Source: Gemmatimonadota bacterium (GTDB lineage Bacteria > Gemmatimonadota > Gemmatimonadetes > Palauibacterales > Palauibacteraceae). From it: a stretch of DNA of 64,000 nt. The translations under genes and the position numbers were made by a program. Numbering within the stretch: position 1 is the stretch's first letter; each line of letters starts with the position of its first letter. Positions 11,948-22,785 of this stretch are shown here, in pieces. The stretch is from contig JBHIAV010000010.1 in the NCBI GenBank assembly GCA_046758745.1, forward strand, positions 11,745-75,744, given 5' to 3'. Below the pieces are notes generated by a model. It had not been told where the DNA came from. It searched no databases and saw only the letters and a list, made by a program, of their open reading frames with translations.

Positions 11948-13507
11948 TCACTCCCACTCGATGGTGGCCGGAGGCTTGGAGGAGACGTCGTACACCACGC
12001 GGTTCACCCCCTCCACCTCGTTGATGATACGGGCGGAGATGCGTGCCATCACATCGTGAGGGAACGGGAACCAATCCGCCGTCATTCCGTCGCGGCTGGT
12101 CACGGCGCGAAGCGCGACCACGTTCTCGTAGGTGCGCCCGTCCCCCATCACACCCACAGAGCGCACGGGGAGGTGAACGGCGAACGCCTGCCAGATGTCG
12201 TCGTACAATCCGGCGGCCCGGATCTCTTCCAGGAATACGGCATCCGCCTCCCTGAGCACCTCGATTCGCTGGCGATTGATCGGCCCGAGGATGCGCACGG
12301 CCAGACCCGGTCCCGGGAACGGGTGCCGGCCCACCATCTCCTCGGGCAGGCCCAGCTCGCGCCCCACGGCCCGCACCTCATCTTTGAACAGCTCCCGAAG
12401 CGGCTCGATCAGCTCGAAAGGCAGATCGGGCCGGAGTCCACCCACGTTGTGGTGCGACTTGATCACCGCAGACGGACCCGTCACCGAGGTGGACTCGATG
12501 ACATCCGGATACGTCGTCCCCTGAACGAGGTAGCGCGCCTCGCCGTGTCGCCGGGCCGCTTCCTCGAAGACATCGATGAAGGTGTGTCCGATGCGCACGC
12601 GCTTCTCTTCCGGGTCCTCCACTCCGTCAAGCTTCTCCAGGAAGAGCTCCGACGCGTCCACCACCTCGAGCCGAAAGCCGAGGTGGCTCCCGAACACCCG
12701 CTCCACGGACTCCCGTTCCCCTTTCCGGAGAAGCCCCGTGTCCACGAAGATGCACGTCAGCCGCTCTCCCACTGCCCGGTGGACGAGGGCGGCCGCCACC
12801 GAGGAGTCCACTCCACCCGACAGGCCACAGATCACTCCGGCCTCCGGAGCCTGTCTGCGGATCGCCTCCACCTCGTCGGCGACGATGTTGCCGGGCGTCC
12901 ACTCGCCCGCGCAGCCGCACGCCCGGTACAGGAAGTTCTCAAGCATCTCCTCGCCGCGAGGCGTGTGCGCCACCTCCGGGTGGAACTGGACCCCGTAGAT
13001 CTCCCGATCGGCCGCGCGAAAAGCGGCAACAGGACTCGTGGGGGTCCGCGCGAGCAGCTCGAAGCCGGGGGGCGGCTCTTGGAGCTGGTCGCCGTGGCTC
13101 ATCCACACGGGCGTGCGGGAACCGGCCTCGAAGCCCCGGAAGAGAGAGTCGGGGTGCACGATCTCGAGCTCGGCGCGGCCGTATTCCCGGCGGCCGGCGC
13201 GCCCCACGCGCCCGCCCGCCAACTGACCGATGAGCTGCATTCCGTAGCAGATACCGAGAACCGGCACACCCAGCTCGAGGAGACCGGGGTCCGCGCGCGG
13301 CACGCCGTCGTCGTACACGCTCGCGGGCCCCCCGGACAGGATTATGCCCGTCGGCCTCCAGGCCGAGATCCACGACAGGCTGACCGTCGGGGGGTGGATC
13401 TCTGAGTACACCCTCGCCTCCCGCACCCGACGCGCTATGAGCCGGGTGTACTGGCCGCCGAAATCCAGGATCAGCACGCGGTCCCTCGCTGACGCCCTCC
13501 CACCCAC
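11948..13507 (-). CDS. guaA: GMP synthase (glutamine-hydrolysing)
   Basis: [28 protein letters not shown] and KPPATIEWE; start approximate. Confidence 0.97.
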   Translation of the reverse strand: MGGRASARDRVLILDFGGQYTRLIARRVREARVYSEIHPPTVSLSWISAWRPTGIILSGGPASVYDDGVPRADPGLLELGVPVLGICYGMQLIGQLAGGRVGRAGRREYGRAELEIVHPDSLFRGFEAGSRTPVWMSHGDQLQEPPPGFELLARTPTSPVAAFRAADREIYGVQFHPEVAHTPRGEEMLENFLYRACGCAGEWTPGNIVADEVEAIRRQAPEAGVICGLSGGVDSSVAAALVHRAVGERLTCIFVDTGLLRKGERESVERVFGSHLGFRLEVVDASELFLEKLDGVEDPEEKRVRIGHTFIDVFEEAARRHGEARYLVQGTTYPDVIESTSVTGPSAVIKSHHNVGGLRPDLPFELIEPLRELFKDEVRAVGRELGLPEEMVGRHPFPGPGLAVRILGPINRQRIEVLREADAVFLEEIRAAGLYDDIWQAFAVHLPVRSVGVMGDGRTYENVVALRAVTSRDGMTADWFPFPHDVMARISARIINEVEGVNRVVYDVSSKPPATIEWE

Positions 13508-13599
13508 CGGATGCCCGCGAGCGTCCGGCCCCTGGCCGCTCGTCGTCGCGTCGCTCTCCCGCCGCGATGGCGCGCCCTCCCCGCGCGTAGCTCGCTCCC

Positions 13600-15060
13600 T
13601 CAGTACGCTCTCGCCCACACCACCTCCATCTGCGCCGCGCCCCCGCACACCAGGCAGTTGAGGGGCGCCTCGGGCGAGCGAAACTCCGGGTCCGGAATCA
13701 AACGGATCGTCGCCTTGGTGTCTTCCTTGGCGCGCGTCTCACACTCCTCGGAGCCGCACCATCCGGCGAATACCAACCCCCCGCGCTCTTCCATGCGTTC
13801 CCGCAGGCCTGCGTACTCCTCAAGACCGCGCACCGTCTCCGCCTCGCGTCGGGTCCGAGCGGCCTCCAGCATCTCGCCCTGGATCGCCTCGAGAAGCACC
13901 GGGATGCATGCCGTGGCTTCGCTCTCCGCGAGCGTCCGCTTGCGCGGCTCCCCGTCGACGATAAAGCGACGCGCCATGACGACCTCGTCACGCTCCACAT
14001 CCCGCGGGCCGATCTCCAGGCGCAGGGGGACGCCGCGCCGCTCCCACTCGTAGTACTTCGCTCCAGGGTTGATCCCCTCGCGGTCATCCAGCTTCGTCCG
14101 CACATCCGGAGAGAGTCGGTCCCGCACGCGGCCGGATGCCTCGAGCACGGCCGTCCGCTGCTCCTCGCTCTTCCAGATCGGCACGATCACCACCTCGTAC
14201 GGCGCGAGCCGCGGTGGCAGCACGAGCCCGGCGTCGTCCCCATGCGCCATCACGAGGCCCCCGATGAGTCGGGTGGAAACGCCCCAGGACGTGCTCCACA
14301 CATAGTCGTGCTCACCCCGCTCGGTCTGAAAGCGGACGCCGAAGGCACGCGCGAAGTTCTGTCCGAGGTCATGGCTCGTACCGGCCTGGAGGGCGCGGTT
14401 GTCCTTCATCAGCGCCTCGAGCGCATACGAGTGGATCGCCCCTGCGAACCGCTCGCTCGATGTCTTCTCCCCCGTTATGACGGGGAGCGCCATCCACCCC
14501 TCCATGAAGGTCCGGTACACGCCGAGCATGCGGCGTGCTTCTTCCTCCGCCCCTTCGGCTGTGGCGTGCGCCGTGTGACCCTCCTGCCAGAGAAACTCCG
14601 TGGTACGGAGGAAGGGACGCGTGCGCAGCTCCCAGCGCACCACGTTCGCCCATTGATTCAGGAGCACCGGGAGGTCCCGGTACGACTGGATCCAATCGGC
14701 CAGAATCGGCCAGATGATCGCTTCTGAAGTGGGGCGCACGACGAGTGGCTCCTCGAGCTCCTGACCCCCCGCCCGTGTGACGACCGCGGTCTGCGGGGCG
14801 AAGCCCTCGACGTGCTCGGCCTCGCGATCAAGCGCCGATTGGGGAAGGAAGAGTGGGAAGTAGGCGTTTTCGTGACCTGTCTCCTTGAACATCAGGTCCA
14901 GCGCGCTCTGCATCAGCTCCCAGATCCGGTAGCCGTACGGCCGGATGACCATGCACCCTCGCACTGGAGAATCGCCGGCCAGCTCCGCCTCCCGAACGAC
15001 CTCGTTGTACCAGGCGGAGAAATCCTCGGATTGCCTGGTCAGCCCCTTTTCTTCCGCCAT
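13600..15060 (-). CDS. proS: Proline--tRNA ligase, archaeal/eukaryote-like type
   Basis: [43 protein letters not shown], Cys-rich C-terminal domain ending ARAY. Confidence 0.97.
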   Translation of the reverse strand: MAEEKGLTRQSEDFSAWYNEVVREAELAGDSPVRGCMVIRPYGYRIWELMQSALDLMFKETGHENAYFPLFLPQSALDREAEHVEGFAPQTAVVTRAGGQELEEPLVVRPTSEAIIWPILADWIQSYRDLPVLLNQWANVVRWELRTRPFLRTTEFLWQEGHTAHATAEGAEEEARRMLGVYRTFMEGWMALPVITGEKTSSERFAGAIHSYALEALMKDNRALQAGTSHDLGQNFARAFGVRFQTERGEHDYVWSTSWGVSTRLIGGLVMAHGDDAGLVLPPRLAPYEVVIVPIWKSEEQRTAVLEASGRVRDRLSPDVRTKLDDREGINPGAKYYEWERRGVPLRLEIGPRDVERDEVVMARRFIVDGEPRKRTLAESEATACIPVLLEAIQGEMLEAARTRREAETVRGLEEYAGLRERMEERGGLVFAGWCGSEECETRAKEDTKATIRLIPDPEFRSPEAPLNCLVCGGAAQMEVVWARAY

Positions 15061-15169
15061 ATATCGGTTCGCGTGCTCGCGTTGTGGTTTCGGTTCCCGG
15101 GAGTGAGGCCGGCCGTGCGGCGCGCCCATCGGTGCCGCGGCGCCGCGTGGACCTGCCGACTGGCGCTTC

Positions 15170-15246
15170 GCCCGCCCGCCGCGTTCCGGGGCGCGAAGCA
15201 GCCGGCGGCCCGCCCGCCAGGTTCTGGGGCGCGAAGCACAGCCGGC
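15170..15246. repeat. Imperfect tandem duplication (37 and 39 bp) between hisS and proS
   Basis: gcccgcccgccgcgttccggggcgcgaagca--gccggc versus gcccgcccgccaggttctggggcgcgaagcacagccggc. Confidence 0.85.
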
Positions 15247-15255
15247 CCCCCCACC

Positions 15256-16566
15256 CTACCGGACCTCGCCGTGGGCATCCCGGCGCCAGCGGCCGTCGCC
15301 CAACAGCTCCGAGAGCGGCACCGCACGCTCCTCTCCCGTCGCCATCTCCCGCACCAACGCCACCTGACGGGCCGCCTCGTCCGGGCCGACGATGATGGCA
15401 CGGCGGGCGCCCGCCTGGTCCGCCGCCCGGAACTGACGGCCGACGGCTCGACCCCGGTAATCGAAGGCCGCACGGCGTCCCTGCTCGCGCAGCGCGTGCA
15501 CGAGGCGAAGGGCGAGCGGGCGCTCTCCCTCCGACACGGAGATCACGAAGTCGTCTATCGCCGCCTCTCCCCCCGGGATCAGCCCCCGGTCCTTGAGGAG
15601 CTCGCCGAGCACCACGTCTCCCATCCCGAAGCCGAGCGCCGGGAGGTCGACGCCGCCGAGCGAGGCCAGCAGGTTGTCGTATCGGCCCCCTCCACAGATC
15701 GCCCGGAACTCCCCGCTGCGCTCCCACAGCTCGAACACGCATCCGGTGTAGTAGGCTAGGCCTCGGACGAGCGTGGCATCGAAGGTCACGAAGGCGCGGA
15801 GGCCGAAATCGTTCAGCGCACCGAAGAAACCCGCCAGGCGCTCCGCAGCCTCTTCGACCCCGTGGGCCGAGCCGAACTCGTCGGCGATCGCATCGAGCGA
15901 CATCCCACCCAACGCCAGGATGCGCCGGGCGGCCTCCGGGCTCGCTCCCGCCTCGCCGAGCGCCGCTACCACCCTCTCCTCGCCGTCGCCCTCGGCTCTG
16001 TCAAGCGCGGCGAACGCGCTCGGCCGCCTCTCCTGCGGGATGCCGAGGGCGCCCAGCACGGCTCCGATGAGCCGACGATCCGACACGCGCGCCACGAAGT
16101 CCTGCGGCCCGAGGCCGAAAGCGCGCAGCACGTCCACCGCGGCGGCCACCAGCTCCGCGTCCACCGCACCGTCCGGCTCGCCGACTACGTCAAGGTTGAG
16201 CTGGAAATGCTCGCGCAGCCGGCCTCTCTGCGGACGCTCGTAGCGGAAGAGCTGCGGGATGGAGAACCATTTGATCGGCTTCGGCAGAGCCGCCGCGCGG
16301 GCCGACACCATGCGCGCGAAGGTCGGCGTCATCTCCGGTCGCAACGCGACCTCCCGCTCTCCCCGGTCCGTGAACCCGTACAGCTGGCCGACGATCTCCG
16401 GGCCTGACTTGCTCGTGTACAGCTCCAGAGGCTCGAGCGGAGGACCGTCGTATTCGACGAAGCCGTACCGACGCGCCACCTCCCGCCACACCTGGAAGAT
16501 GTAGGAGCGGAGCGCGAGGTCTTCGGGGTAGAACTCCCGGAAGCCGGGGAGCCTTGCGATCTCCAT
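15256..16566 (-). CDS. hisS: Histidine--tRNA ligase
   Basis: LRPEMTP, FRYERPQRGRLREHFQ, LVRGLAYYTG and GGGRYD motifs. Confidence 0.97.
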   Translation of the reverse strand: MEIARLPGFREFYPEDLALRSYIFQVWREVARRYGFVEYDGPPLEPLELYTSKSGPEIVGQLYGFTDRGEREVALRPEMTPTFARMVSARAAALPKPIKWFSIPQLFRYERPQRGRLREHFQLNLDVVGEPDGAVDAELVAAAVDVLRAFGLGPQDFVARVSDRRLIGAVLGALGIPQERRPSAFAALDRAEGDGEERVVAALGEAGASPEAARRILALGGMSLDAIADEFGSAHGVEEAAERLAGFFGALNDFGLRAFVTFDATLVRGLAYYTGCVFELWERSGEFRAICGGGRYDNLLASLGGVDLPALGFGMGDVVLGELLKDRGLIPGGEAAIDDFVISVSEGERPLALRLVHALREQGRRAAFDYRGRAVGRQFRAADQAGARRAIIVGPDEAARQVALVREMATGEERAVPLSELLGDGRWRRDAHGEVR

Positions 16567-16575
16567 TGGGGCCAG

Positions 16576-16605
16576 AATGTATCCGGCCGCGAACGGCAGC
16601 GGCAA
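16576..16605 (-). promoter_or_regulatory. Candidate sigma70 promoter for hisS
   Basis: TTGCCG-N18-TACATT, ending 9 nt before the ATG. Confidence 0.45.
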
Positions 16606-16757
16606 GAAAAGCGCGTGATGACGAGCCTGGCCCGCGCCCTGCGACCCCCCGGCTGCCACCCAAAGCCGGGGCTCGCGGTCCGGCCGGCCGCCGCCCCCCT
16701 GCGGGGCGCCTACGCGGCCGGGAGACTCACGGAGAGAGGTGCGTATTCCCCCAACCC

Positions 16758-17186
16758 CTACACCGGCGCGCGGCAGAAGCGGTCGAACGCATCGGTGAGG
16801 TCGCGCGCGATCGCCGCGGCCGGCCGCCCCTCGATCTGGTGGCGCTCCAGGATGAAGACAAGCTCGCCGTCGTTGAGCAGCGCGATCGAAGGCGAGGAGG
16901 GGCGATATCCGCTGAAGTAGCCGCGCGCCCGGGCGGTGGCCTCCACGTCCTGTCCGGCGAACACGGTGACCGACCGGTCGGGAAGGACGTGGTGCCGAAG
17001 GGCGAGAGCCACCGCCGGTCGGGCGTTGCCAGCGGCGCAGCCGCAGACGGAGTTCACGACCACCAGGGTGGTACCGCTCTCCGTGCCCAGCACCTCGTCC
17101 ACCTCCTCCGCGGTTCGCAGCTCGCGTACCCCGAGGCTCGTGAGCTCCTCTCGCATCGGCTGCACCAGTCGCGGATCGTACAGCAC
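16758..17186 (-). CDS. BrxA/BrxB-family bacilliredoxin
   Basis: PMREELT, VVNSVCGCAAGNARP, VFAGQD, PSSPSIAL and RHQIEG; GAGGAG RBS. Confidence 0.93.
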   Translation of the reverse strand: MLYDPRLVQPMREELTSLGVRELRTAEEVDEVLGTESGTTLVVVNSVCGCAAGNARPAVALALRHHVLPDRSVTVFAGQDVEATARARGYFSGYRPSSPSIALLNDGELVFILERHQIEGRPAAAIARDLTDAFDRFCRAPV

Positions 17187-17280
17187 CCCTGTGCTCCTCT
17201 ATTATGGTGACGATTCACTCGCCGTGGCGATCGATTTGCTCCGGCCGTGCCGTCGGTATCCACCACCGCCCGCCTTCGGA

Positions 17281-18612
17281 TCAAGTGTAAGGCGCTGCAC
17301 GTGCCACGTCCACGCCGCCCGCTACCGGTTCGACGCGCTGCGGGCCGAGGCTGGTCAGCGCGTCCCCGACGGTGTGACAGGAACCGGTCACCACCACCGT
17401 GCCCGCACCTGCCAGATCCCGCGCCCGGCACAGCGCCGCATCGAAATCCGGCACCAGCTCCACGGCACGATCCGGGACGGCTCTCCGCGCCTCACCCGGA
17501 TCCCACAGCCGCTCAACGGGCGCCGAAGGAGCCAGGGTGAAGACAGCCGCGTCGACGCGTGAGAGGAGGGGAACGAGCATCTTCTTCCACGCCTTGTCAC
17601 CCAGTATGGCGAGCAGCGCCACCTTCGGAGCGGGGAGCGCGATGTCGCCCAGCGTCCTCGCCAGGGCCGACGCTCCGGCCACGTTGTGCGCCACGTCGAG
17701 CACCCAGGTTCCGTCGGGACGATCGAACACCTCAACGCGGCCGGGCCACCGCACGCTGGCCAGGCCGTTGGCCAGCGCGGCCTCCGGCAGCGCTTCGAAT
17801 CCCTCGAGCGCAAGCAGGGCGATAGCCGCATTCGTCGCCTGGTGACGGCCGATCAGCGGCGTGCGAAGGAGGAGGCCGCCCGGCCGCGCCGGCGATCGGT
17901 AGCGGAAGACGGTGCCGGTGCGGCTCACCTCGACCTTCTCCGAGACCGCCATCTCTCCCAACACGTGGAGGGGAGCCTTCAGCTCGGCGGCGCGTCGACG
18001 GAACACGTCGAGGACCTCCCCCGACACCGGCCCGAGGACGGCGGGCACGCCTCCCTTCAGGATGCCCGCCTTCTCGGCAGCGATCTCGCGGAGGGTGAGG
18101 CCCAAGTACTCGGCGTGATCGAGCGCTACGTTGGTGATCGCCGAAACTTCCGGGCGAAGGACGTTGGTGGCGTCCAGACGGCCGCCGAGACCGACCTCCA
18201 CGACCGCCACCTCCACCCCCGCCCTCGCGAATACCAGGAATGCGAGGGCGGTGGCTGCCTCGAAAAAGCTCGCGCCTTCGCGCTCGGCCAGCGGAAGGAC
18301 CTCGGCCGCGCACGTCTCGAGCCACTCGACCGATACGGGCTCGCCGGCGATGCGGATCCGCTCATCGAAGGAGACGAGGTGGGGAGAGGTGTACAGACCG
18401 GTGGCATGCCCCGCTTCCCGAAGGATCGCCTCGATCGACGCCGCCACCGAGCCCTTTCCGTTCGTGCCGCCGATGTGCAGGGAGCGGTACGAGCGGTGCG
18501 GATTCCCCAGGCCCGCGAGGATCGACTCGATCCGGTCGAGGCCCCAGCGAATGTGGGCCATGGGCCGACCGGCGAGTAGTGCGGCCAGGCGGCCGTAGCT
18601 CGGGATCAGCAC
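17281..18612 (-). CDS. folC: Folylpolyglutamate synthase / dihydrofolate synthase
   Basis: HIGGTNGKGS, YTSPHL, EVGLGGRLDATN, WPGR and DVAHN motifs. Confidence 0.95.
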   Translation of the reverse strand: MLIPSYGRLAALLAGRPMAHIRWGLDRIESILAGLGNPHRSYRSLHIGGTNGKGSVAASIEAILREAGHATGLYTSPHLVSFDERIRIAGEPVSVEWLETCAAEVLPLAEREGASFFEAATALAFLVFARAGVEVAVVEVGLGGRLDATNVLRPEVSAITNVALDHAEYLGLTLREIAAEKAGILKGGVPAVLGPVSGEVLDVFRRRAAELKAPLHVLGEMAVSEKVEVSRTGTVFRYRSPARPGGLLLRTPLIGRHQATNAAIALLALEGFEALPEAALANGLASVRWPGRVEVFDRPDGTWVLDVAHNVAGASALARTLGDIALPAPKVALLAILGDKAWKKMLVPLLSRVDAAVFTLAPSAPVERLWDPGEARRAVPDRAVELVPDFDAALCRARDLAGAGTVVVTGSCHTVGDALTSLGPQRVEPVAGGVDVARAAPYT

Positions 18613-19439
18613 ATGTGGTTGAAGAGGGTGCTCAGCGTGTCCCTGAGCTCGGCGCGGTGCACGATACGGTCTACCATGCCGTGATCGCGCAGAAACTCCG
18701 CGGTCTGGAAGCCATCCGGCAGCTCCTGGCGAATCGTCTCGCGGATCACGCGAGGACCGGCGAAGCCGATGAGCGCGCCCGGCTCCGCGAGGATGACGTC
18801 GCCGAGCATGGCGTAGCTGGCTGTTACGCCGCCCGTCGTCGGATGCGTGAGCACGCTGATGTAGGGGACCCTCGTCACGGAGAGTTGCTCAAGCGCCGCG
18901 GCCGTCTTGGCGAGCTGCATGAGCGAATAGATCCCCTCCTGCATGCGTGCACCTCCCGAGGCCGACACGATGACCAGTGGACGCCGACCCTCGGAGGCGC
19001 GCCCCGCCAGTCGGGCGATCTTCTCCCCCACCACGGAGCCCATCGAACCCCCGATGAAACGGAAGTCCATCACCCCGAGGCAGATCTCGCGTCCGTCGAG
19101 CTCCCCGCGACCCGTGATCACGGCGTCGCCTCGCCCCACTTCGCTTTCGGCACGTTGCACGCGCTGCGTGTACGGCTTCGAGTCCACGAAGCCGAGCGGA
19201 TCGGAGGATCGAAGGTTGAGGTCGAACTCCTCCGTGAAACCGTCATCCAGGAGGATCGAGACGTACTGCGGAGCCGAGATACGAAAGTGGTGGCCGCACT
19301 CCGGACACACGTACAGCTTCTCGGCCAGTCGGCCGCTGTACAGGATCTCGCCGCAAGAGTCGCATTTCTCCCACACGTCCGCCGCCAGCTCGCGCTTCTG
19401 GGAGACGAGCTTCTGCTTGGGCTTCTTGAACCAGGACAT
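18606..19439 (-). CDS. accD: Acetyl-CoA carboxylase carboxyltransferase beta subunit
   Basis: Zn finger CDSC...CPEC, GGSMGSVVGEK, SGGARMQEG and FAGPRVI. Confidence 0.97.
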   Translation of the reverse strand: MSWFKKPKQKLVSQKRELAADVWEKCDSCGEILYSGRLAEKLYVCPECGHHFRISAPQYVSILLDDGFTEEFDLNLRSSDPLGFVDSKPYTQRVQRAESEVGRGDAVITGRGELDGREICLGVMDFRFIGGSMGSVVGEKIARLAGRASEGRRPLVIVSASGGARMQEGIYSLMQLAKTAAALEQLSVTRVPYISVLTHPTTGGVTASYAMLGDVILAEPGALIGFAGPRVIRETIRQELPDGFQTAEFLRDHGMVDRIVHRAELRDTLSTLFNHMC

Positions 19440-19588
19440 CCTAGCTCTGCCTTCGACAGGAGCGAGAAGGCGGCCAATATAGAGCGCGACGCGGGAGCCC
19501 GCGAACAGGGACTTGAGCCGTTGCGGAGCAGCCAGCCGGGGTTCTCCGCCCACTCCACGGAACCGGGGGGTCCTCTCCGCCGGATCGT

Positions 19589-20833
19589 CTAGCGCTCTGC
19601 CCCCACCCGGCTCACCACACCCAGCCCAGCGAAGAGCATGAACAGAAAGCTACCGCCGTAGCTGAGAAACGGGAGCGGAAGCCCAGTAACGGGCATCAAA
19701 CCCACCGTCATCCCGACGTTGATCGCCACGTGGGCGGTCCACACCCCGAAGAGACAGAAGGCGGCTATGCTGCCGAACTCGTTGGTCGACCGCCGGGCCA
19801 CCCGAAGCACGCGGCTCAGGAACCAGGCGAAGAGGAGGAGGAAGGCGACGACGCCGACGAACCCCAGCTCCTCCCCGACGACGGAGAAGATGAAATCCGT
19901 GTGCTGCTCCGGGAGGAACGCCAGCCGCTTCTGCGGACCGTTCCCGTATCCGTAGCCGAACCATCCGCCGGAGCCGATCGCCACCTTGGACTGGATGAGG
20001 TGCCACCCCGCCCCGCGCGGGTCGATGCCGGGGTTCAGGAAGACCAGAAGGCGGTTCTGCTGGTACTCGGCCAGGCTGTTCCACAGGGGCAGAGTGAGGG
20101 CTCCCGCGGCCAGGTTGGCCGCCCCGACCGCAACCGCCTCCAGGGCGAAGGTGCGCCGCAAATACAGAAAGGCGACGACCGCGACGAACCACACCCCCCA
20201 CACCACGGCGGAGAAACCGAGAACGAGGCTCACGGCCGGGCTCAGCAGGAGAAAGATCGACGCCAACGGGACGCCCGCCCACACCAGGGCGCAGATCAGG
20301 ATCACGCTGAAGATCAGCGCGCTGCCGAGGTCCGGCTGGACGAGGACGAGGCCGAAGGGAGCGAGCACGATGGCGAGAGGACGCCACACGCCGGCCAGTC
20401 TCTGACGGGACGACTCATGGCCGGTGAGGTCTCGCGCCAGCATCAAGATGGTGGCGAGCTTCGCCAGCTCCGCCGGCTGCAGGTTGACCGGCCCGAAGCT
20501 CAGCCAGCTACGAGTGTTGGGCCCGGTACCGATGACGAGCACGAGGATGAGGAGGCAGATGGAAGCCGCATACAGCCACGGACTCGCCCACTCAAGCCAG
20601 CGGAGCGGGACGCGCGAGGCCAGGTAGAACGCTCCGCACGCACCCACCGCCCACACCAGCTGCCGCCGCCACACGCCCGATACCGCGGAGGGCAGCTCCA
20701 CCTGGCCGGCCGAGTAGATCATCGCGATCCCCAGCACGGTGAGCAGGCCGGCGACGGCGACCAGCGCCGGATCCCCGATCCCGCTCCGACCACCGGCTCG
20801 GGCCCGCATCCAATTGGTCGGCCCCGGAATCAT
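19589..20833 (-). CDS. rodA: Rod shape-determining SEDS protein RodA
   Basis: QPAELAK, QPDLGSA, AIGSGG, LPEQHTDFIF and PLPFLSYGGS; ATGA overlap with mrdA. Confidence 0.95.
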   Translation of the reverse strand: MIPGPTNWMRARAGGRSGIGDPALVAVAGLLTVLGIAMIYSAGQVELPSAVSGVWRRQLVWAVGACGAFYLASRVPLRWLEWASPWLYAASICLLILVLVIGTGPNTRSWLSFGPVNLQPAELAKLATILMLARDLTGHESSRQRLAGVWRPLAIVLAPFGLVLVQPDLGSALIFSVILICALVWAGVPLASIFLLLSPAVSLVLGFSAVVWGVWFVAVVAFLYLRRTFALEAVAVGAANLAAGALTLPLWNSLAEYQQNRLLVFLNPGIDPRGAGWHLIQSKVAIGSGGWFGYGYGNGPQKRLAFLPEQHTDFIFSVVGEELGFVGVVAFLLLFAWFLSRVLRVARRSTNEFGSIAAFCLFGVWTAHVAINVGMTVGLMPVTGLPLPFLSYGGSFLFMLFAGLGVVSRVGAER

Positions 20834-22785
20834 CGGGCCGCCTCCTCCGCGAGCGCCTCCGGCCCAGCAGCCGGCGAGGGGAACGCCCTCGGAGAGGGGG
20901 GCGGGGGAAGCGCACGCAGGGCGATCGGCTCCGCCGGTCGCGCGACGGGCGGCGCCGTATCGGGGAGGATCGGAGTCGTGGCCACCGCATCGGCGGGTCG
21001 CGTCACGCCGAGGTAGCGGGCGGCCAGCCTGGTGGCCACGGGTACGGCGAGGGCCGCCTGGTTGTCCGGGTGCCCGTACTCGACGATTGCCGCCACGACG
21101 ATTCGCGGGTCGTACGCCGGGGCGAACCCCAAGAACCAGGAGTGCGGGGGACCGTGGGGATTCTGGGCCGTACCGGTCTTTCCGGCGAGAAGGACATCGT
21201 TCAGCCTGTGCCGGTAGGCCGTGCCTCCCGGCTCGTTCACTACCCGGGTGAGCGCTTGCACGAGCTCCAGCCGACGCTCCTCCGGCAGCTCGAGCGACCA
21301 TTCGACGCGGCGTCCCTCCATCGCCTCGTTGCGAAGCAGATGGGGAACGATCGGCGACTCGCCCGTCGCTAGCGCGGTGTAGAACTGCGCCATCTTGATC
21401 AGCGTCTGCTGTGTCTCGCCCTGGCCAATGGAGAGGTTGAGGACGACCGACTCGGTCCAGCCGCGGCGTCCGTAGCGGCGGTCGTACCATTCGCGCCCCG
21501 GGGGGTAGAACCCGGCCCTTTCCACGGGCAGATCCAGCCCCGACTTCCGGTTGAACCCCAACGCATCGGCGCCCGCGGTCAGCGCGTCCAGCCCGAGGCG
21601 GAGGCCGGCCTGGTAGAAGAACACGTTGCAGCTCTGCTTGATCGCCTCGGAGAGATCGAGGCTACCGTGTCCCTCCCGCTTCCAGCACCGGAACGCTCGC
21701 GTTCCGTACTGGAGCGCCCCTCGACAGCTGGTCGGCATGTGGGAGTCGATGGTGAAGACGCCGTTGCGCAAGCCGAGCGTCGAGATGACGAGCTTCCAGG
21801 TGGAGCCCGCCGCATACGCGGCGTAGCTCACCCGGTTGAGAAGCGGCTGATCGGGATCGGAGCGAAGGGTGTTCCACAGCCGGGCCGAGATACCGCCGAC
21901 GAACTCGTTCGGGTCGAAGGTCGGGTGGCTGTACAGGACCAGGACCTCACCGGTCCGCGGATCGAGCGCCACCACCCCCCCTCGTTCTCCCTCCGGGAAG
22001 ATCGAATCGACATACTCCTGGAGTGAGAGATCCAGACCGAGCACAATGTCCTGGCCCGGGACCGGCGACACGTTCGGACGGGGGCCGAACTCGCTGACGA
22101 TCGATCCCCTGGCGTTCACCTCGACATAACTCACCCCCGGGGTGCCACCGAGCACGTGCTGGTACTGCCGCTCGATCCCCGCCTTGCCGATCACCCGACC
22201 CGCCTCGTAGCCTTCGAACTCGGGTCGCTCGAGCTCCGCCTCGCTGATCTCGCTCACGTAGCCGATCACGTGGGCGATGGCCCGCCCGGCGGGGTAGTAT
22301 CGCCGCGGCTGCATCTCGATGACCGCCCGTCGAAACTCGGGGCGCCTCTCCTCGATCGCGGCCACCTGCTCGAACCCTACGTTGTCCTTCACTGGGAGCG
22401 GCAGATGGCGGAAGCGTCGGAACTTCGTGAGAAGCGCCTCGCGTTCCTGTTCGCTGAGGCCGAGATACGGGGCCATCCGGTCGAGCGTCGCCCGCACCGA
22501 ATCGACCTTCCCCGGAAGGATGGAGATCGAATACCCGGGGATGTTCTCGGCCACCAGTCGGCCGTTCCGGTCGTAGATACCGCCCCGCGGCGCCGGGATC
22601 GGGATCGCACGCAGACGGTTCTCCACGGAGCGCAGGGCGAAACCGCTGCTCCTGAGCACCTGGAGGCGGAAGAAGGCCGCGATCAGGATCCCGATGATGG
22701 CGAAGAGCACGAGGCTCGCCGCCCTTCCGCGGGTCCGTAGGACCGAGTCCGCCGCATCGCGCGGGGGCGTGTGCGGTGTGTTCAC
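20830..22785 (-). CDS. mrdA: Penicillin-binding protein 2
   Basis: APRGGIYDRNG, SxxK (GSTWK), SCN and KTG motifs; context between mreD and rodA. Confidence 0.95.
   Translation of the reverse strand: MNTPHTPPRDAADSVLRTRGRAASLVLFAIIGILIAAFFRLQVLRSSGFALRSVENRLRAIPIPAPRGGIYDRNGRLVAENIPGYSISILPGKVDSVRATLDRMAPYLGLSEQEREALLTKFRRFRHLPLPVKDNVGFEQVAAIEERRPEFRRAVIEMQPRRYYPAGRAIAHVIGYVSEISEAELERPEFEGYEAGRVIGKAGIERQYQHVLGGTPGVSYVEVNARGSIVSEFGPRPNVSPVPGQDIVLGLDLSLQEYVDSIFPEGERGGVVALDPRTGEVLVLYSHPTFDPNEFVGGISARLWNTLRSDPDQPLLNRVSYAAYAAGSTWKLVISTLGLRNGVFTIDSHMPTSCRGALQYGTRAFRCWKREGHGSLDLSEAIKQSCNVFFYQAGLRLGLDALTAGADALGFNRKSGLDLPVERAGFYPPGREWYDRRYGRRGWTESVVLNLSIGQGETQQTLIKMAQFYTALATGESPIVPHLLRNEAMEGRRVEWSLELPEERRLELVQALTRVVNEPGGTAYRHRLNDVLLAGKTGTAQNPHGPPHSWFLGFAPAYDPRIVVAAIVEYGHPDNQAALAVPVATRLAARYLGVTRPADAVATTPILPDTAPPVARPAEPIALRALPPPPSPRAFPSPAAGPEALAEEAAR

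Noticed and set aside
15061..15255. T-box riboswitch upstream of proS (also checked hisS and serS)
   Set aside because: No T-box antiterminator sequence (GGTGG-x-ACC) or U-tailed terminator is visible.
19589..21490. N-terminally extended RodA (633 aa) and similar extensions on mreB, pcrA, the kinase, pgeF, gatC and the MBL hydrolase
   Set aside because: Artefacts of first-start ORF calling; true starts are indicated by ATGA/GTGA overlaps or by where family similarity begins.
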